Assembly (NCBI GenBank): GCA_051532035.1
Contig: JAOPTW010000032.1
Coordinates: 1-64,000, forward strand
Source: Fibrobacterales bacterium
Lineage (GTDB): Bacteria; Fibrobacterota; Fibrobacteria; Fibrobacterales; JAOPTW01
Reading direction: 5' to 3'
Length of the DNA stretch: 64,000 nt
The notes beneath the pieces are model-generated. The model did not search any database. It was not told the origin of the DNA and was given only the letters and a program-made list of their open reading frames with translations. The translations under genes and the position numbers were made by a program. Each line of letters starts with the position of its first letter. Position 1 is the stretch's first letter. Below are positions 59,046-64,000 of this stretch, one piece after another.

Positions 59046-61538
59046 CTACTCAACAACAGGAATAAACTCAAACCAATCGACATTATAGTTTTTGCGCCAG
59101 AATTCAACGACAATGAGATACTCACTAGACTCTGAAACAATGATTTCACCATCATCACCCACTGTCCAGTTATAATAGCCTTGTGTATTCTCCGTCAACT
59201 CACACCGCTGATGCTCTGGAAATCCTAGCTGTTGGCCCTGTTTACCAAACCAAAATTGTATCTTTGTTTGAAAGAAGTGCTCCCAACTTGAATACTGTAC
59301 CCGAATACGGTATTTGCCAGCCCCCAAGTATCGAGTAAAATAGAGACGCTGATAGTCATCGTTCATATTCCCAATTGAGCCATGACCTTCTTCATATATC
59401 AGACTCCTTGGCTCAGGTTGACTATCAAAATATTCTTCAAATTCAACATGTATTGTATCGAGATGTAACTCTGCCGAAATGACCGCATCCTCGTCTGAAA
59501 CGGTTACCCATGTTGATTTCTTGGAGGCATCACCAATGTGCGCTATTCCTGATGTGACAGACCACTTAGAAAATGAGTATGCCTTTTTTGCCTCTATGGT
59601 AATGGGGAGTTTCATTGTTTTTACTACAGAAATTGCGCCCGACACATTGACGACACCACCTTCAGGTGATTCTACCGTCACTGTTTTAACCTCATAGGAA
59701 TCAACCCATTGACTCTCAGTCATATGAGTCAATTCTCCATCATAGGTACGGCCAATATCAAAAAGTGTCTTCCCGTCAATTGAGTTAAAATTCCAGGCAG
59801 CTTTTAATCCAAGCTCAGTTCCTTTAACTTGCCGTGTCAGGTTTTTTCGCAACTCAGTTACGGATAGCACCTTCTCCCATATATGCATATTATCAAGAAG
59901 ACCAAAATGAGCATTATTTGCTTCTGCACTATTGCCAATAAAGTTTTTAGTTCGTGGAGCGTTATTTGTCATTATCGCAATTGATGCACTCGCATCTTCG
60001 TATCCATTTTTATATAATCGTGCCGTCCCGTCATTTTCTACAGTAATAGCTACATGGGTCCAATGGCCCTCTTCTACAAAACCTTTCTGCGATTTCAATT
60101 GAGATTCACCGGCCCCCATAGATGCAATAAACAAAAGAATATCTTTTGATCGTTTGAGCACGAATTTATTTAATCCACTAGTATCAGAAAACTCAAAGAG
60201 GGTACCATCCTGACTAGGACTATTTTTATCCCAAAAAACCAATGCCTCAAAACTATATCCGTTACTTACATCTAATGCAATCTCTGGTAGTGCGATGTAA
60301 TTGTCTTCTTTGGTAAAGTGAAGAGCGCGTGGCCCTGTACCTGGCGGAGCAACAAGAACCTTCTCACTGTAGGCTGTTGTATCATACACTGCAAAGCCAT
60401 GGGTATCAGTACAGGCAACAATTGCATAGAAATAAAAACCAACATCCTCAGTATACAGCGGTTTCTGCTTATTAGAAAAGACCAACGCAAGACCATCGTT
60501 CCCTACAGCATTACTATCTTTGTACCATGCATATGATACAATAGGAAGAATACCCCCATCAACGCTATCTGTGCAAGAGGTCCCTTGCTCAACAGTAAGA
60601 AGTTGATTTTCAATCGCCGAACCAGTTAAGCTCGCTTCACCCTCATATTCTGGCATATCATTTACTGGCTCAATCGTTACCGAAATATAGATGGTATCAC
60701 TTAATTCTGCGTCACTTACAGCAATTGCAAAATCAACAATACCAGAATGATTAGGGGCAGGTTGATACCCTACTAAAACCTGTCCACCCTCTTCATTTAG
60801 AGATAATACCCCCAAGGAAGGATCAATTACCACACTCCATGTCCATTCAATCTGCTCAACATCAGTTACACTTAATACAAGCTCGAAAGCATTAGGCACT
60901 CCATCTTCAGATATCGTTATCGTTACCTCTTCTCCTTGATCAATAACTGGTGGAGTATTAAGAGAAGAAAAGCTTAATCCGGGTGATTGATTAGAGGATT
61001 GTCCTTCTGTTACACTGGTTCCATCTTCACGTTCTTGAGAGGAAGCGCTCAAAGGGGAAGCACCAGAAGAACTTATAGTATGCGATGGATCTTTTAACCC
61101 AGTATCGCCATACTGTTCAATTAAACTTTCTAATTCTCTTTGTAATGAATCAGAAAGAGACTCAAGCTGAGAAACAAGATCTTTTGCTTGAAGTAACGTA
61201 TCACCAACTGCACCTTGGGCCTGTAGATACGCAAAATTTGAACGGGCAATTGAGAGAGAGCTCTGCTCTTCATAGGCCTCTGCACGTGTAATATTGATCA
61301 CTTGTCCCTGAATTCGAGCTATCTCGATATCATAGGTTGCAACCACTAAAGAATCTATAGCGCGTGCTTTTTGTTCTTCTAAAATAAGAATAGTATCTTT
61401 CAGAGATTCGACTGTTCCATCTAATACTTCTCCAGAAACTTCTGAAGGCTCATCTACACCCAGTGTATTTTCTGTACGCGAACAGAACATCAAGAGTGTA
61501 CATACTAAAATAATGTATATCTGAAAAACTGATACCAT
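59046..61538 (-). CDS. Surface lipoprotein: coiled coil, Ser linker, Big_9-like, Cys-Ig, LamG, InlB-like repeat and CBM6/35-like tip
   Basis: Lipobox LMFC, YQPAPNHSG, VNDMP, WTHVAIT..LYKNG, FSKW, VEFEEYFD...VDWFEF. Confidence 0.78.
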   Translation of the reverse strand: MVSVFQIYIILVCTLLMFCSRTENTLGVDEPSEVSGEVLDGTVESLKDTILILEEQKARAIDSLVVATYDIEIARIQGQVINITRAEAYEEQSSLSIARSNFAYLQAQGAVGDTLLQAKDLVSQLESLSDSLQRELESLIEQYGDTGLKDPSHTISSSGASPLSASSQEREDGTSVTEGQSSNQSPGLSFSSLNTPPVIDQGEEVTITISEDGVPNAFELVLSVTDVEQIEWTWSVVIDPSLGVLSLNEEGGQVLVGYQPAPNHSGIVDFAIAVSDAELSDTIYISVTIEPVNDMPEYEGEASLTGSAIENQLLTVEQGTSCTDSVDGGILPIVSYAWYKDSNAVGNDGLALVFSNKQKPLYTEDVGFYFYAIVACTDTHGFAVYDTTAYSEKVLVAPPGTGPRALHFTKEDNYIALPEIALDVSNGYSFEALVFWDKNSPSQDGTLFEFSDTSGLNKFVLKRSKDILLFIASMGAGESQLKSQKGFVEEGHWTHVAITVENDGTARLYKNGYEDASASIAIMTNNAPRTKNFIGNSAEANNAHFGLLDNMHIWEKVLSVTELRKNLTRQVKGTELGLKAAWNFNSIDGKTLFDIGRTYDGELTHMTESQWVDSYEVKTVTVESPEGGVVNVSGAISVVKTMKLPITIEAKKAYSFSKWSVTSGIAHIGDASKKSTWVTVSDEDAVISAELHLDTIHVEFEEYFDSQPEPRSLIYEEGHGSIGNMNDDYQRLYFTRYLGAGKYRIRVQYSSWEHFFQTKIQFWFGKQGQQLGFPEHQRCELTENTQGYYNWTVGDDGEIIVSESSEYLIVVEFWRKNYNVDWFEFIPVVE

Positions 61539-61755
61539 GAATTATACCTCTTTGCCCTCGAATCTCATTGAAATTTTGCCCTATTGAGCTAATAATATAT
61601 CTAAAAATGGCCCCTAAAACAAATAGATTAATTTTTCATTTATAAATCTGTTCACGGCACCAATAAGTAGCTTAGAATTTATAGTTATTTGTGTTGATGT
61701 TGTAAATGGCTGTTGACCTTATTCTAGATAATCATCAAATCAGTTTCTGAAATGG

Positions 61756-64000
61756 TTACAACTCTTGAACACACCGAATTGAAAGAGCCGATTCTTTACG
61801 TTGAACCTTATTTTCTACTAATTTAATTCCTGTGCCCAATCCCCACGACCTACCCGTTTCTGTAGTACCTTGTTCAACATCTGAGCTCCACCAATCAGAA
61901 CGCTCCCTGATCAATTGAAAAACTGCTTGTGGAGGTGTACCAGAAGCTGATAATACCCCTGCAGCTCGAGCTCCAAAGAGGAGTCCATCAAACCCTTTAT
62001 CGTCTCCCCAATAAGTATTCAGAGGGGCCCTGAGTACTTCACTCTCACTTTCAGTAGGGTACAGGGATTTTACCGCCTCAATTAACTGTGTCCACTCAGC
62101 ATCAGATGGTAACCTCCACCCTATTGGGCACACGCTCTGGGTTGACGCAAACCAATTATATAACACTCCATAGTCCCCATAATTTGACTCTTGTATAGCA
62201 TCGGCTACTACTGTGCCAGTATGCCCATAGACATAATATCTCGATTCAGTTCCAGAAACATTGTCCTCTCCATATACCTCAGGAAGAAACATTAAGTTTT
62301 CAGCCATCCAAGCTATATCATCAATAATAATATAATGATAGGTTTTCGTTTCTCCATTTCGAGTGTCTTCTAGGGCGTAGCGCTCTGTTTGAACGCCAAG
62401 TTCAGAGTTTTCAGAAATAGTGAGTTCTGTATCCGCCACTTCATTCCCCAGGGACCCACCTTTAAATTTCATATTTACATTTGAAGCTTTCCACTGAATA
62501 AAATTGTAGCTCATTCCTGGAAATGCTTTAATACTTAATTGCATCGTCTCTGCAAGTTCATAATTTGTCTGAGTATCTATTGTGTCACCATTAATAGTTA
62601 TTGCTATTATTGAATCGGGAACAACGGTAGCAGTGTACGTTTCTATTGAAGGAGATCTTGGCTCAGTGATTGTATGCATATATCCATACTGGTCTCCTTG
62701 GGTACTTTGAATATATACAGTGCTTGAGTTATCAAAGCTCCATCCCACATAGAGATCCGTATGAGAGCTATTCTCCTTAAACATATTATTCTTTATCTGG
62801 ACTTGTGTACGTACCTTCTGCCATATTTTAACATTTTCAAGGGTACCCTCAAAAAGCTCCGTAGCCCCTAGCGAAGCCCCAAGTATCGATGTATTGTATA
62901 TTTTTGCTGTTAATGCTGGAATGGTACCCTTCTGTATCAAAGCACCGTTTTTATAAAAATGAATATTGTTCCCAGCCCCCGACCCTATAGTTACCGCGAC
63001 ATGAGTCCAATGATCCTTAGTAAAGAACTCTTGTATTGTTAAAGTATTTGCTCCAACTCCCACAGTTAGGGATTCTTGTGACACCCCAATAGATATATCG
63101 GAGGAGCTCCCATCCTCCGATAGTGTCACTATTTTTGAATCTTGCATAGAATCCAATTTGACCAAAAACTCAAAAGTAATACCATTATTAACATTGGGAG
63201 ATACCGGATCTAATTCGATGTAGTCATCAATACCATCAAAATGTAGGGTCTTCTCTGACGTTGATGCTGACGTTGCAGGGAGAAACCGTTTCGTATATGC
63301 AGAAGTATCTTTTACAACAATACTATCCTCATCTACACAACGAGTAATTACATAGAAATAGTGAAGGTAGAGAGAATCTACCATTGTTAATATGGAGTCA
63401 GATGCTACCGGTGAACCATTAAACATGAGAGAGTCTCTATCTGCAAACCATTCATAGGCAACGCCAAGTGAATCAATAGCATCACTACTATCAGAACACG
63501 CCACCGTTGCGGACAGGGTCTCACCCACAGCAACATCACCAGTGAGATTTGAATCCAAATCGATTTTAGGAATATCATTTACACTTTTAATGGTCAGCAC
63601 CAATACGACAGTATCTCTATAAGTCCCCGCTATTGCAACAACTTTTGCTGAGTCAGTTCCATTAAAATTTTGTGTCGGTGTATAGTTAAATACCGTACTA
63701 TTAATAGAGTCTACAAATGCTACTATACCATGAATAACACTATCCAGTAACACCCACTGAATTGAATCACCATCAAGATCCGTTGCGGTTAATCGGCCAC
63801 TAAAACTCTCGTCTTCATTCAGTTCACCCACAAACAAAGCTCCAGTATCAATAACAGGAGCCGTATTTACCCTAGAAATTGAATCAGTATACAGTGTTGT
63901 ATCTGCTACTATGGCGCCATTAAAATCTTTACACAATACAACACCATAGAGGTAATACCCAACATAATCAGGTGTTAGAGTAATTGTTCGTCCAACTGAA
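61756..64000 (-). CDS. Modular surface protein, 5'-truncated by the window: Cys-Ig, Big_9-like, LamG and C-terminal Fib_succ_major (FISUMP) domain
   Basis: Frame open to the window end; YTPTQNFNGTDS, LHFDGIDD, LEDTRNG..WMAENL..YGVLYNW..VCPIGWRLPSDAEW..SIRCV. Confidence 0.82.
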   Translation of the reverse strand, partial: SVGRTITLTPDYVGYYLYGVVLCKDFNGAIVADTTLYTDSISRVNTAPVIDTGALFVGELNEDESFSGRLTATDLDGDSIQWVLLDSVIHGIVAFVDSINSTVFNYTPTQNFNGTDSAKVVAIAGTYRDTVVLVLTIKSVNDIPKIDLDSNLTGDVAVGETLSATVACSDSSDAIDSLGVAYEWFADRDSLMFNGSPVASDSILTMVDSLYLHYFYVITRCVDEDSIVVKDTSAYTKRFLPATSASTSEKTLHFDGIDDYIELDPVSPNVNNGITFEFLVKLDSMQDSKIVTLSEDGSSSDISIGVSQESLTVGVGANTLTIQEFFTKDHWTHVAVTIGSGAGNNIHFYKNGALIQKGTIPALTAKIYNTSILGASLGATELFEGTLENVKIWQKVRTQVQIKNNMFKENSSHTDLYVGWSFDNSSTVYIQSTQGDQYGYMHTITEPRSPSIETYTATVVPDSIIAITINGDTIDTQTNYELAETMQLSIKAFPGMSYNFIQWKASNVNMKFKGGSLGNEVADTELTISENSELGVQTERYALEDTRNGETKTYHYIIIDDIAWMAENLMFLPEVYGEDNVSGTESRYYVYGHTGTVVADAIQESNYGDYGVLYNWFASTQSVCPIGWRLPSDAEWTQLIEAVKSLYPTESESEVLRAPLNTYWGDDKGFDGLLFGARAAGVLSASGTPPQAVFQLIRERSDWWSSDVEQGTTETGRSWGLGTGIKLVENKVQRKESALSIRCVQEL

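Noticed and set aside
1..64000. Numerous 60-150 aa ORFs antisense or out of frame to the annotated genes; also searched for tRNA, rRNA, IS, integrase and CRISPR
   Set aside because: The ORFs are fully nested in confidently assigned genes and lack motifs; no structural RNA gene or mobile element signature was recognised by eye

Overview
A 64-kb bacterial chromosomal segment, most consistent with a flagellated member of the Fibrobacterota (FCB group). The evidence is a Fib_succ_major/FISUMP-type domain, poly-Ser linkers in lipoproteins, a T9SS-type C-terminal signal, cheX and sigma28-like promoters; the taxon is inferred, not proven. Positions 1-33 kb are mostly housekeeping: mazG, dprA-ftsB, argB-argD-argG-ispD-ispF, ferredoxin, cheX, the tolQRAB-pal-cpoB cluster, dnaA (no dnaN or rpmH neighbour), hisI-tilS-ftsH-folP-dacA, a B12 radical SAM fusion, acs, ppx-rluB and queA. 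Positions 33-64 kb are envelope and accessory genes: a secreted Ser-repeat protein, a hybrid sensor with a degenerate ATPase domain, a PadR-led TonB-dependent receptor plus TtpB/TtpC/ExbB/ExbD/TonB/TPR operon, carboxy(nor)spermidine dehydrogenase and decarboxylase, an HD protein, and an array of modular surface lipoproteins that runs off the right end. No rRNA, tRNA, CRISPR or IS element was recognised. The most notable unannotated signals are: (i) two tandem minus-strand small-RNA candidates with C-rich anti-Shine-Dalgarno motifs (52.7-53.0 kb); (ii) a CRP-box promoter and a terminator-containing structured leader with a UGA-interrupted mini-ORF upstream of the polyamine genes (49.5-49.7 kb); (iii) a sigma28-type promoter driving a 106-aa protein that ends in a FliM/CheZ-like CheY-binding peptide; (iv) a mix-and-match lipoprotein array with an embedded CsgG/FlgO-like gene and dense D-(S/T)-hydrophobic glycosylation-like sequons; (v) an HD gene that appears to need an ATC start codon. 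All product calls come from motif recognition by eye; no database searches were run.
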